Positions 39,060-48,950 of a DNA stretch of 64,000 nucleotides are shown one piece after another. Made by a program: the position numbers and the translations under genes. The notes under the pieces are model-generated. The model was not told the DNA's origin. It did no database searches and worked only from the letters and a program-made list of their open reading frames with translations. Every line of letters begins with the position of its first letter. The stretch's first letter is position 1. Origin of the DNA: an uncultured Pseudomonadales bacterium (GTDB lineage: Bacteria > Patescibacteriota > Microgenomatia > UBA1400 > PJMF01); the NCBI GenBank assembly GCA_964393205.1, contig CAYMSV010000002.1, forward strand, positions 96,843 to 160,842, read 5' to 3'.

Positions 39060-40578
39060 AAGCCATTCCTATTATAATCCAAAAAAAAGCTGTAATTTGA
39101 AACTCATATAACCAAGGATAAAACTGGGCTACTAAAATGTAATTAAAAGCAGCTAACAATAAGGCTAAAAGCTCCACATCCTGCCTCTTTTTTCTTCGTT
39201 CCTTAAAAAAATATTTTGCAAAGACTAAAATTAGCCCAATAAAAACCATTAAACCAAAGGCACCAATAGCATTAAGAACTTCAAATAACAAATTGTGAAC
39301 AGATGCTGGATTTCTAAAAAAAAGATCTGGTGGAAAATCATGAATAATTGAATATTTAAAAACATTATGACCTAAACCCAATGGTTTTTGCATCATATAA
39401 ACCCAAGACATTTCAAATTGTCTAATACGAGACAAGATAGTACTGTGATTAAAATTCCTAAAAAGATTTAAAAAATGTTCACTTAAGAAACGAGACGAAA
39501 AACCAAACGTAATAATCATGATGATTATTAAAATGAATAAAAAATTTCTAGAAAAAATAAATTTAAATTTATTTTTTTTAAGAGACTTTTTGACATATTT
39601 TTTCATTAAAGGTAATAAAAACAAAAAATTAAATAAGAGAACTAACCACACGCCTCTACTCAAACTTAAAATAATACCAGCTATCGAAGCAATAATAGTA
39701 AAAAAAAGCAACTTTCGGTCAACAACATTGTGATTCTTTAAATAAAGAAAAGAAGCTAAACTGCCAAAAAACATCAAGATTGAAGAACTTAAATTAGCAT
39801 CCCAAAATAAACCACCAGGACGATAAAATTCTGGATTATCAGTAGAAAAACGAGCTGGTAATCCCGTATCAACAACCATGCCCAAATTGCCACCACTAAT
39901 TTTTTGCAAAAACATAGTGACACCACCAATGATAGCGTAAATAAAGAGTGTTTCTAAAACTATTCGGCGAATTTTTACATCTTTAGAAAAAATGAATGAT
40001 AAATAAAAAAGTAATAAATACTTAAAGAAAATCCATAAATAAAACCAGGCAAATAAACTTATGTCAGTAAAAAAAGTAGCTATTAGTGAACTAATAAATA
40101 GTAAAAATATTAAAAAATCAATAATTCCTGGTTTCCAAAATTTATTTTTAAAATTGGTTCTAGTTTTTAATAGATAAATTAATATAAATATCAAAGGATC
40201 AAAAAAAGCCAGATATAGATGGGGATTAAACAGGTCTGTTTTAAATTTGGCTAAAGAACTATCCAATATGCTATAAAAATAATTTCCATAATAATTAATC
40301 TCAAAATGATAAGCCTTTTTAAAAAAAATCAGAAAAAAAATCATCAACCAAAGCGTTTTGTTTAAATCTTGTTTTAACAGATATAATATGATTAAGCTAA
40401 GAGCTAATAAAAGTAAATAAAATAGTATGCGATCTATCAAAACATTAGCTAATAAGAAAAAAAGGAAAAAATATGTTTCTTTTTGCAGCTTTGGCCAAAA
40501 AGAAATCGCTTTAAAAATGATTTTGCTGAAAAAAGATCTTGATTGAGATAAAAAATTTATGCTTAGAGATAAACTCAT
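39031..40578 (-). CDS. Wzy/O-antigen polymerase-ligase-like polytopic membrane protein
   Basis: 515 aa with more than 10 TM helices and an SRG-containing loop (IILSLSRGVWLVLLF) as in Wzy_C proteins. The N-terminal start assignment is uncertain because it overlaps the divergent gene at 40559-40578. Confidence 0.4.
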   Translation of the reverse strand: MSLSLSINFLSQSRSFFSKIIFKAISFWPKLQKETYFFLFFLLANVLIDRILFYLLLLALSLIILYLLKQDLNKTLWLMIFFLIFFKKAYHFEINYYGNYFYSILDSSLAKFKTDLFNPHLYLAFFDPLIFILIYLLKTRTNFKNKFWKPGIIDFLIFLLFISSLIATFFTDISLFAWFYLWIFFKYLLLFYLSFIFSKDVKIRRIVLETLFIYAIIGGVTMFLQKISGGNLGMVVDTGLPARFSTDNPEFYRPGGLFWDANLSSSILMFFGSLASFLYLKNHNVVDRKLLFFTIIASIAGIILSLSRGVWLVLLFNFLFLLPLMKKYVKKSLKKNKFKFIFSRNFLFILIIIMIITFGFSSRFLSEHFLNLFRNFNHSTILSRIRQFEMSWVYMMQKPLGLGHNVFKYSIIHDFPPDLFFRNPASVHNLLFEVLNAIGAFGLMVFIGLILVFAKYFFKERRKKRQDVELLALLLAAFNYILVAQFYPWLYEFQITAFFWIIIGMAYAKIQEKNY

Positions 40579-41725
40579 TGTTTTATTATTGTATCAGCCG
40601 TGGCAATGGTCTACTGATTATCAAAACCAGACAGTAAAAACTTTAGAAAAACTTAATAACAAAGTCATTATTTATTATGGACATAAAGAAACAGTCTTGT
40701 GGAAAAAAGACGGATTACAATCACTTTTTATTAAGAAAAATAAAAAATTAAACTTCTTCATTCCAATTCATTTTTTGCCTTTACGCCGACTAACTTTTGT
40801 AAAAAAAGCTAATCAATTCATAAACCTTCAAAGATTTAATCATTATTGCAAAAACTTATTTAGAAAATACGAGAAAAAAATAACTCCTTCTCAAGCTATT
40901 TTCTGGTTTTTTGAACCAAACTCCTTGATTCAAAACCTTCATTTATTAGATATCAAACACAAACATTTAATTTTTGACTGTGTAGATTACTTTTCAATAA
41001 AAGAATTAAAGTTTGCACTGCAAAAAAGCACTAGTATTTTTTGTATTTCACAAACCATGCAGGAGTTACTGAGTAAACTAATCAAATCTAAAAAAATAAT
41101 AAATTTGGTACCTCAAGGATTTGATCTAAACACTTTTAAAAAATATAAATTGTTCATCAATACTACTTCTTCTAAAGATAAAAGATATAAAATTGGTTTT
41201 ATCGGAGGAATTGATAATCGACTCAAATATTCACTGTTAATCAATCTAGTCAAAAGCAACCCTCAGTGGCAGTTTCTTTTTTATGGACCTCAGCAAAAAC
41301 TAAGCAAAAAAAACAAAAAACTACTAAACAAACTTCAAGCTTTCTCCAATACCGACTGGGGAAATGTGACAAAAAAAGAATTACCTAGAATTATTCATAG
41401 TTTCGATGTCGGTATTATTCCCTATGAGATCAGACAAAAGAAAAATTACTACTGTTATCCAATGAAAATTTTTGAATATTTTTATCTAGGAAAACCCGTG
41501 GTGAGCACTCCTATAGCAGAACTGCAGCATAAAAGGTTTAGCAATTTTGTTAGAATAGCTAAAGACAGTCATCAATTCGAAAATTCAATTAAAAAATTGT
41601 TATCTAAAAGCTGGTCAATTTCCTTAAAAAAACAACAAAGACAAATGGCCATAATTAATTCTTGGCAAAAAAAAATTAACACAATAAATGATCAACTAAA
41701 ACTGTTCGTAAAACAAAAAAAATGA
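40559..41725 (+). CDS. Glycosyltransferase (GT-B, GT1/GT4-like C-terminal domain), putative
   Basis: 388 aa. The C-terminal half (IGFIGGIDNRL...DVGIIPY...KIFEYFYLGKPVVSTP) resembles a GT-B donor-binding domain. Confidence 0.45.
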   Translation: MLRDKLIVLLLYQPWQWSTDYQNQTVKTLEKLNNKVIIYYGHKETVLWKKDGLQSLFIKKNKKLNFFIPIHFLPLRRLTFVKKANQFINLQRFNHYCKNLFRKYEKKITPSQAIFWFFEPNSLIQNLHLLDIKHKHLIFDCVDYFSIKELKFALQKSTSIFCISQTMQELLSKLIKSKKIINLVPQGFDLNTFKKYKLFINTTSSKDKRYKIGFIGGIDNRLKYSLLINLVKSNPQWQFLFYGPQQKLSKKNKKLLNKLQAFSNTDWGNVTKKELPRIIHSFDVGIIPYEIRQKKNYYCYPMKIFEYFYLGKPVVSTPIAELQHKRFSNFVRIAKDSHQFENSIKKLLSKSWSISLKKQQRQMAIINSWQKKINTINDQLKLFVKQKK

Positions 41726-44622
41726 AAAATAAAAAACAAATCATTCTCTTAACTATCTTAGTTTTTTTGTTTATCTCATTATTATTTTTTCAAAGAAATA
41801 ATAGAAAAACTTTTTGGCAAATTCGTCCTGCTAAAGAAATTGTTTCCGGTGGAGAGTTTGATGGAAAACATATTCTTATTCCCATCGATAGAAATAAAAT
41901 TCAAGCCATTGATCATAAATCTGGAAAAGTCAGCTGGCAATTTGAAGCTGATACTTCCATTAACTCTGGGTTAACAATTATAAATAACGGATTGTTCTTT
42001 ATAACTGAAAATCAAAATCTATTTTCTCTTAATCTTAAAAGCGGAAAATTAATTTGGAAAAAGACCCTAGATTTACAAAGAAACAACCTTCAAGAATACA
42101 AAAAACAACTACTCTTGAGTCAAGCAGGTGGAAGAATTACTTTAATGAATACCAAGGGTGAAATCCTATGGGAAAATTTTTTAGAAATTAATAATACCAA
42201 GCCCTCAGACCAAAATCTAAATAATCTAGAAAAACAAATATCTGACTGGGAAATGTATTTTTCTTATGAAAACGAGCTTATATATGTCACCTTTGAAAAT
42301 TCTATATATAAACTAAGCGGTGAAACAGGGGAATTAATCTGGAGTCAACATTTTGAAAAAGAAATTTTGAGCAAACCTCAACAAATATATGGCGACCTGA
42401 CTTTCATTGATGGAGAAGGTAGCTTGACTAAAGTTGACACAAAGGATGGAAAAATAGTCTGGCAAACACAAGAAAATTTTGAACAAATTACTGAACTTTT
42501 AGAAATAAATAATTTAACGGCAAGTAAGAGACAATTACTAAATGTCGTTGATCAATTTATAAAAACTTTAATTAAAAAAAATCTGTGGATTTCCAATCTG
42601 ATTATGGATAGTCTAGGAGCTTGGAAAGATAACTTAATACAATCTAATTTACTTGCTCTTAATCAAAAAGGCATTTTAAGACGCCTCAGTCACAGTGGTG
42701 AAGAAAAAATTTGGGAGCTTGATACTGAATTAGATAAACCTCGAATTTTAGAAACAAAAAATAAATATATTTTGATTGCTGATCAAAAAATAATTTTAGC
42801 TATCAATCTAGATGGCTATATTGTTTGGCAACAAGAAATTCCCCACATCAAACAACTTTCCTTAGTAACAAAACCTGTTTATAAGTGGTTACCAATCTCA
42901 AACAAACCACAAATTCTAGTAAATAGTTTTGAAAAAAATATTTATGCTCTAGATCATGAATCGGGAAAAATACTTTGGCAATTCAATAGTAATGTACCAA
43001 TAAGCTCAAACACAATGGAGCTACCCAACACTTTATTAGTTATTACTAATAATGGAATTATTTATCAAATTGACAAATTCAAGGGCACTATATCTGAAAA
43101 AATCAAAATTAAACATCAAGTGAAAAATACTAATATAAAGGATAAAGAGATCTTCACCATTGATTTTTTTAGTAAAAAGAATTACTTCACAAGCCCTTTT
43201 TACCAAGTAAAGATAAGTTGTAGTTTTGAGTCTCCAGAAGGGAAAAAATATCCAATAAATGGTTTTTATTATAACTACAATCATTGGCAAGTACGTTTTA
43301 ACCCTCAAGAAATTGGAGATTGGCAGTGGGATTGCATCTTTCAAACCCCAGAATCAGAAAGGTTCTTTTCTGGAAAGTTTTATAGTGAAAAGAAAAAAGA
43401 TCAATTCATTAAAATCGCCGAAAACTCAAATGGTCAATTTTTAACTTTAGACGGAGAGAAAATATTCTTCCCTTTAGGATTAAATCAAACTATTATAGAT
43501 TTTAACCAAAACGGTATCTTTTTTGATGATTTCGCTATTGGAGAAGATCATAAAAATAGAAGGATTCAACTAGATGAATATTTAGATGTATATTTTAAAG
43601 AAAGTGGCTTTAATACTTTTCGTTGGAATCCTGGTAATTATCAATTTTCAGTAGCTTCAATGATCCATTATCCAGAAAACGATTACTCTCTATACAGGGC
43701 TGGATTAGGAGATCACTTACTTGAGAATCTTTATCAAAGAGACATTCAGGTTTATTTAACCCTGTTTGCCTGGGGCTTGCCATTTGGCACCACTGTCAAA
43801 AACTTACAAGAAGAATGGGCCATAAACCATTATTTAGAATACATGGTAGCTCGTTACGGAGCCTATACTTCCGCCTGGGAATTAACAAATGAAGGAGTAT
43901 TGGAAGATGCTACCGCTCACAAATTTTTAAGTAAGTTAAAATCTTTAGATCAAAAAAAATTAGTAAGCATCAGTTTTGAAAAACCCAATTTAAAATCAGT
44001 TGACATCATCTCTCCCCACTGGTATTCAACTAGTACTCCAGAAATTGCAGATACGGAAATTTTAGAAGTAATAAATAAATTTGAAAAAAAAGCTAAACCC
44101 ATTATTTTTGGAGAAATTGGTAATGGAAAGAGTAGTTGGGATAAAAACTCAGCCTTAATCATGCGAGTTAGAGCTTGGGTATCTCTATTTAATGGAGCAG
44201 GTTTAATTTTTTGGAATCAAAGTAATTCAAAAAGTTTTTATAATGAAGCTTTTGAAAATGCTAATCAATATATAGGTGAAGAAGAGCGCACTTACATGAA
44301 AGTAATCAGTGATTTTAGCAAAGAACTAGACGTTACTTTAAAACCAGCAAGTTTTTATAAAAAGATAGGTGGCGATGGTGTTAGAACTTATGGCTTAGCC
44401 TCTGAAAAAGAGTTACTAGTTTATGCCTATCACCACTACAATCAATATACCAATAATGCCACTTTTACAATCAATGTTGATCTCTCAAAACCAGCATCTT
44501 TAGAGTGGATTAATCCCCAAAACGGTGAAGTAATAAGCAGTTATCCTCTCCAAACAGGATCAAACACTATTATTTCTCCTGAATTTAGAGAAGATTTAGT
44601 TCTAAAAATTTCTCTCAGTTAA
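41722..44622 (+). CDS. Membrane-anchored PQQ-like beta-propeller protein fused to a GH-A clan (GH5/DUF4038-like) glycoside hydrolase domain
   Basis: 966 aa with an N-terminal TM. Repeated GK[LIV][IVS]W[QKS] blades (GKVSWQF, GKLIWKK, GELIWSQ, GKIVWQT, GKILWQF) indicate a propeller. The C-terminal TIM-barrel-like region has an NE acid/base (WELTNEG) and a nucleophile-like IIFGEIG. Confidence 0.5.
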   Translation: MKNKKQIILLTILVFLFISLLFFQRNNRKTFWQIRPAKEIVSGGEFDGKHILIPIDRNKIQAIDHKSGKVSWQFEADTSINSGLTIINNGLFFITENQNLFSLNLKSGKLIWKKTLDLQRNNLQEYKKQLLLSQAGGRITLMNTKGEILWENFLEINNTKPSDQNLNNLEKQISDWEMYFSYENELIYVTFENSIYKLSGETGELIWSQHFEKEILSKPQQIYGDLTFIDGEGSLTKVDTKDGKIVWQTQENFEQITELLEINNLTASKRQLLNVVDQFIKTLIKKNLWISNLIMDSLGAWKDNLIQSNLLALNQKGILRRLSHSGEEKIWELDTELDKPRILETKNKYILIADQKIILAINLDGYIVWQQEIPHIKQLSLVTKPVYKWLPISNKPQILVNSFEKNIYALDHESGKILWQFNSNVPISSNTMELPNTLLVITNNGIIYQIDKFKGTISEKIKIKHQVKNTNIKDKEIFTIDFFSKKNYFTSPFYQVKISCSFESPEGKKYPINGFYYNYNHWQVRFNPQEIGDWQWDCIFQTPESERFFSGKFYSEKKKDQFIKIAENSNGQFLTLDGEKIFFPLGLNQTIIDFNQNGIFFDDFAIGEDHKNRRIQLDEYLDVYFKESGFNTFRWNPGNYQFSVASMIHYPENDYSLYRAGLGDHLLENLYQRDIQVYLTLFAWGLPFGTTVKNLQEEWAINHYLEYMVARYGAYTSAWELTNEGVLEDATAHKFLSKLKSLDQKKLVSISFEKPNLKSVDIISPHWYSTSTPEIADTEILEVINKFEKKAKPIIFGEIGNGKSSWDKNSALIMRVRAWVSLFNGAGLIFWNQSNSKSFYNEAFENANQYIGEEERTYMKVISDFSKELDVTLKPASFYKKIGGDGVRTYGLASEKELLVYAYHHYNQYTNNATFTINVDLSKPASLEWINPQNGEVISSYPLQTGSNTIISPEFREDLVLKISLS

Positions 44623-44642
44623 AAATTCAATAAAAATAGTTT

Positions 44643-45047
44643 TTATTCTTTGTTTTTTGATTTCTTCAGTAAATTTAATTTCCACATAAATAATTTAGCC
44701 TTACTTCTAGCGCTTTCAGCGTCACTAACAAAGGCTAAGGCTTGTTCTAGTAAGGCGCGTGGATAAGTTTTAGCTAATTTAATATAAAGCGAGGTATGAG
44801 CTTGATCTCCTAAAACTGTCGCCATATGACAACCAAATGCCTGAAATTCCTGGCTAATATATTTATTGTGTTTTTTTATTGGATGGTGAGTTAATAGCTT
44901 GGCTACAGCACTAAAACCTGGATTTAAATTTTCTTTTCGATCTTCAGACTCAGCTTCTCCACTTGCTTGTAAACTATCAAATAAACTTTGCTCAACGATG
45001 ATAGGTTTTTTAGCTTTTTTTTGACCCTTATGTTTTTTAACAGGCAT
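44643..45047 (-). CDS. Hypothetical basic protein
   Basis: 134 aa with Lys-rich termini; no family recognised. Confidence 0.35.
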   Translation of the reverse strand: MPVKKHKGQKKAKKPIIVEQSLFDSLQASGEAESEDRKENLNPGFSAVAKLLTHHPIKKHNKYISQEFQAFGCHMATVLGDQAHTSLYIKLAKTYPRALLEQALAFVSDAESARSKAKLFMWKLNLLKKSKNKE

Positions 45048-45092
45048 AAAAAAACTTATTTTGTTGATAAATCTTAGTTAAAACAGCTAAAA

Positions 45093-45782
45093 TCAAGTCA
45101 AGATTTTATTTAAAATTTGATGATTTTTTTTACTTAAATCTTTACTAAAAGGACCTTTTTCTTCAATCAAAATTTTTAATTTGGTGTCCCCAGCTAAACT
45201 TTGATAAAAATCTAACTGAATTTTTAGAAGCTCTTTGGCTTGCGACATATTTTTTTTACCATTATTAGTAAAATCAACTAACCAATCAGCGCTAATTAAA
45301 TATTGACCTAAATTATAAACTTCTTCTCCTCCACCAATTGTGAAACAAACTTGATTAGCTAAATGCATGTTGTGAGGGCGAACCATATGACCCTTAACCC
45401 CTGCTTCTAATTCCTTAGGATCGGCAAAGGGTAAAATTCCCACATATTCGAGTTTTAATTGATCAGCTAATGCAGCTAAATGTTGTTGAGTGCTAGCATT
45501 GGTTTCGTCCCAATCGTTAAGATTAAGCTCTTGTTTAAACCAAGCATTTTCTTCACTAGCAGCAATTTTCAATTTTTTATCTTTTTGCTCTTTAGGGAAA
45601 TTATTTAAAATTGTTTTCTGTAAGGCATCAACCACTTGAGAAAAATATGCTAAACGAAAACCAGAACCTAAAAAAGCAAAGCGACGACCATGATTGAGTT
45701 GTACTCCTTCATCACCATCTGCAATCACTAAAGGAACAGCTTGATAGTCGACAGACTGAGCTGATTGCTTACTTTTGCTCAT
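45093..45782 (-). CDS. Hypothetical protein (possible Rossmann-like fold)
   Basis: 229 aa. The FTIGGGEEVYNL segment is reminiscent of LOG/SLOG-type glycine-rich loops. This is weak. Confidence 0.3.
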   Translation of the reverse strand: MSKSKQSAQSVDYQAVPLVIADGDEGVQLNHGRRFAFLGSGFRLAYFSQVVDALQKTILNNFPKEQKDKKLKIAASEENAWFKQELNLNDWDETNASTQQHLAALADQLKLEYVGILPFADPKELEAGVKGHMVRPHNMHLANQVCFTIGGGEEVYNLGQYLISADWLVDFTNNGKKNMSQAKELLKIQLDFYQSLAGDTKLKILIEEKGPFSKDLSKKNHQILNKILT

Positions 45783-45804
45783 GAAAACCCTTTTTATTAA
45801 TTAA

Positions 45805-45957
45805 TTACTCAGCCATAGCTTGCACTGCAGCTAAGTATTGATTCATTTCTTTTTCCACCTGCTCCCAATCACCATCGACCTCTCGAATCGCATTAAATAA
45901 CAACTCCATATCGATTAATAATTGGTCGTCAGTAACGATCATTCTTTGTTTCGCCAT
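45805..45957 (-). CDS. Small ORF (50 aa), hypothetical
   Basis: It translates to MAKQRMIVTDDQLLIDMELLFNAIREVDGDWEQVEKEMNQYLAAVQAMAE. It is absent from the ORF track and lies in the same-strand gap between the SGNH paralog and the 229 aa ORF. Confidence 0.25.
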   Translation of the reverse strand: MAKQRMIVTDDQLLIDMELLFNAIREVDGDWEQVEKEMNQYLAAVQAMAE

Positions 45958-46011
45958 AGACCTTTATTATACCATTAGTCGAGAAATAAATCTAGTTTAG
46001 AGGTCAACTTT

Positions 46012-47031
46012 TTATTGAAATATAGGATATTTTTCAATAACAAAATCCCTTAACTTTTTAGCAATCAGCAAATTGCTTAAACTATTGTAATGAGATTCCT
46101 TTTCAGACACTGGATTTATTTCTTCACCACAGAGATCAACTATTGGTAACTGTTTTTTACAAGCAGAATGAAATTTATAATAAATATCTGAAACTAAACA
46201 ATCGTTATAACTACCTTCACTATCACAAAAATGATTTAAACAAGCAAAAAGAAAAAAAATGGTATCTTCTTTAGAGAAATTTTTAATTAAATTTGTAAGA
46301 AAACAATAATTTTGAGTTTCATGTCCAAAGGTCGGATGATAAATTAATCTAGTCATATCACGACTGGAAACGTCTTTTTTTCCTTCAATTAATTGCCTGT
46401 TTGGACAAGTTTTGATCAGTTCTTGATAAATAACTTCCTTAGTTGGATATCTTTGAAAACTATTAAAAAGAAGATCGTTGTCAACTAAGCCAAAAATAAT
46501 TAAATCAGGTTTTAAATATTTTTTTACTAATTGGTATTTTGCGTAATTATCTAAAAAATCATCACCAAAAAAACTATAATTATAAACTTTAACATCACGT
46601 ATTTTTTTTACTTCTTGCTCTAAAAAATAAGCTATAGTTTGACTACTTCTTACACCTGTACCAAAAAACATTGAATCTCCAATTATAGCTATTTTTAAAA
46701 CAGAGTCTTTTTGTTCTTTTTCCAAAAGATCTATTGCTTCTTGATCACCTAATCCTGCCGAAATAAGATTTAATAAATCAGTATTTCTTTGATCGTGATT
46801 AAATTTCTCAGCTACTATTTGCCAATCTTCTATGTCATATGGCCAAACTGAATAATAACCATGAGGAAGACTCTTTTTATAAAACAGTTTATCAAAAAAA
46901 CATTTTTCTGATAAAAAGAAGAGACCAAAAAATAACAAAACACTAATGATTAAAGCCATTAGCACAACCGAAATTTTCTTGATAACTAGGAAAACATTAG
47001 TGGACTTAATAATACTCAACATCAGCAACAC
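46012..47031 (-). CDS. Membrane-anchored SGNH/GDSL-like hydrolase, paralog 3
   Basis: 339 aa. It shares the FLSEKCFFDKLFYKKSLPHGYY box and the GDS block IAIIGDSMFFGTGV with paralogs 1 and 2. Confidence 0.5.
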   Translation of the reverse strand: MLLMLSIIKSTNVFLVIKKISVVLMALIISVLLFFGLFFLSEKCFFDKLFYKKSLPHGYYSVWPYDIEDWQIVAEKFNHDQRNTDLLNLISAGLGDQEAIDLLEKEQKDSVLKIAIIGDSMFFGTGVRSSQTIAYFLEQEVKKIRDVKVYNYSFFGDDFLDNYAKYQLVKKYLKPDLIIFGLVDNDLLFNSFQRYPTKEVIYQELIKTCPNRQLIEGKKDVSSRDMTRLIYHPTFGHETQNYCFLTNLIKNFSKEDTIFFLFACLNHFCDSEGSYNDCLVSDIYYKFHSACKKQLPIVDLCGEEINPVSEKESHYNSLSNLLIAKKLRDFVIEKYPIFQ

Positions 47032-47194
47032 TATAAATATTAAAGCTTTTGTAGATCGAGATCTATCTCACAAAAAAATGATAAAGTAAAAAAGCATCTT
47101 AAACAAGAATAAAACTTAAATTTAAGATCTATTATTTACAAGATATTTTTATTTTTGTCGGTAAAATTAGCTAACTAAAAAACTTATACAAATA

Positions 47195-48817
47195 CTAGTT
47201 CAAAAGTTTTTCTAACAAAAGAACTTGGAAATCATGATTATTAAATGATAAATAAAAGTTATCCTTAATTATCAGTTTAGAAAAGCTATCTCCTTCAAAC
47301 TCACTAATTCCTTGTGTAAATTTATCAAAACATTGATTGCCAGTCTTATAATCATTATAAACAAGAAAATAGAACCGATTGCCAGCATTATAATTATCCA
47401 AGGACTGATATTTAAAGTTGATTGAATCTCTAATCATAAGTTTTTTATTTATCAAATGATCTATGGGTTGTGCTAAAAATCTAGTTTTTCCTAAATAATC
47501 ATTTTCACAAATATCTTCACCTAAATAATCTCTATTAAAATGGTAAAAAATCATAACATCACTACGATTTAATCTATATTCATCTATTTTTTGAATAATA
47601 GCTTCACTAACGATTTCATTAAAAGCATAAGAACTAGAATCCTTCATACCTGGTTTAGGCAAAACAAGAGAAATATTGTGAAGAAAAAATAATATTAAAA
47701 AAGCAATAATCGGTAGAATTAAAATGATTTTATAAATATTTTTTTTACAATTCAAAATTTGTTTCATTTTTATTGATAAAAAAATAAAAAAAACAATAAC
47801 AATTAAGTCTATCCTATGTGGTGCATAAGGAGCATCTATATTAATTAGAAAATAAGGGGTTAATAAAATCCACAACAAAAGCCAAAAATTATCAAAAACT
47901 TTGTTAGATAAATCTGATTCATGCTTAAAAAACTTATTGATTAATAATAAAAAAATTATGAATATTATAAATAATACTTTCCAAAACACATGTTGATTGT
48001 TAAAAAGCAAACTAAAAAAAACTTCAAAAATGTTCCAATAATGTGTCGTTACCCTACTTAGATTAATTGGCAATAGATTTTCACGATGTTTTAAAATGGC
48101 TAAAATAGATGGCCAATTATTGAGAATTTCAAAAATAAGCTGTGATGAATATGTAATAATAAAAAAAACTAACATTGAATAAACTAATAAAAAGTAACTT
48201 CGCAGAGACGTGTTGTTTAATTTTTTAAAAAATAGATAGGAGTTTAAACAAATAACGGGTAAAATAAAAAATGAAGAAGGATAAATAGTTAAGGCAATGA
48301 AAAAAGAAAATTGGCTTAAAAAAAGAAAAAGTAATTTACTAGATTTTAGAGAAATCAAACCTAAAAAAATTGATAAAGAACTAAAAAAAATGCTTGGATG
48401 AGGATGCCAAACAGTTCTGCTTAAGAAAACATGATAATGCCAAAAAGTAAAAATTCCTAAAAATACAAGACTAATTAGCTTATCTTTATTATTTAACAAA
48501 TATATAGATAAAAATAAAAATAAAATCGAAAATAAACCCATTAAGGCATAAAAAACAGATACTAAAAAAAATTCGCCATGAGCAAGAAAATAAAAAAAAG
48601 AAATTAAATACAAATAGGTTGGTGGTATAAATAAACCACTAATACCAATTGCTGGATTAACTAAGGGAAACTTCTTTTCTAAGTTGATCGTTCTAGCAAC
48701 TTCCAACTCATAACCAACATCAACAGTCATGTCAGAAAATTCCAGATTGGTAAGCCTTAAAAATCCAGCTAATAAAAATAATATTAAGAAGATATTTAGA
48801 AAAATAGCCTTTTTCAT
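47195..48817 (-). CDS. GT-C fold glycosyltransferase (PMT/ArnT family-like), paralog A
   Basis: 540 aa. Its N-terminus aligns closely with that of 51870-53576 (FLRLTNLEFSDMTVDVGYELEVAR versus YLRFYNLQANTLYGDSGYELEKAR). The first-loop acidic motif after TM1 and the 11-13 TM architecture are as in PMT_2/ArnT. Confidence 0.5.
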   Translation of the reverse strand: MKKAIFLNIFLILFLLAGFLRLTNLEFSDMTVDVGYELEVARTINLEKKFPLVNPAIGISGLFIPPTYLYLISFFYFLAHGEFFLVSVFYALMGLFSILFLFLSIYLLNNKDKLISLVFLGIFTFWHYHVFLSRTVWHPHPSIFFSSLSIFLGLISLKSSKLLFLFLSQFSFFIALTIYPSSFFILPVICLNSYLFFKKLNNTSLRSYFLLVYSMLVFFIITYSSQLIFEILNNWPSILAILKHRENLLPINLSRVTTHYWNIFEVFFSLLFNNQHVFWKVLFIIFIIFLLLINKFFKHESDLSNKVFDNFWLLLWILLTPYFLINIDAPYAPHRIDLIVIVFFIFLSIKMKQILNCKKNIYKIILILPIIAFLILFFLHNISLVLPKPGMKDSSSYAFNEIVSEAIIQKIDEYRLNRSDVMIFYHFNRDYLGEDICENDYLGKTRFLAQPIDHLINKKLMIRDSINFKYQSLDNYNAGNRFYFLVYNDYKTGNQCFDKFTQGISEFEGDSFSKLIIKDNFYLSFNNHDFQVLLLEKLLN

Positions 48818-48950
48818 AAATTTTCACAAACTCAACAATAGTGGCCATTATATTTCAATTAACTATACAAAGCATTAATAAAATAAACACAAAAAACAAA
48901 AATAACACCTTCTCGGTGGATAAAATAAATCCAATTAAGTTAAAACAAAA

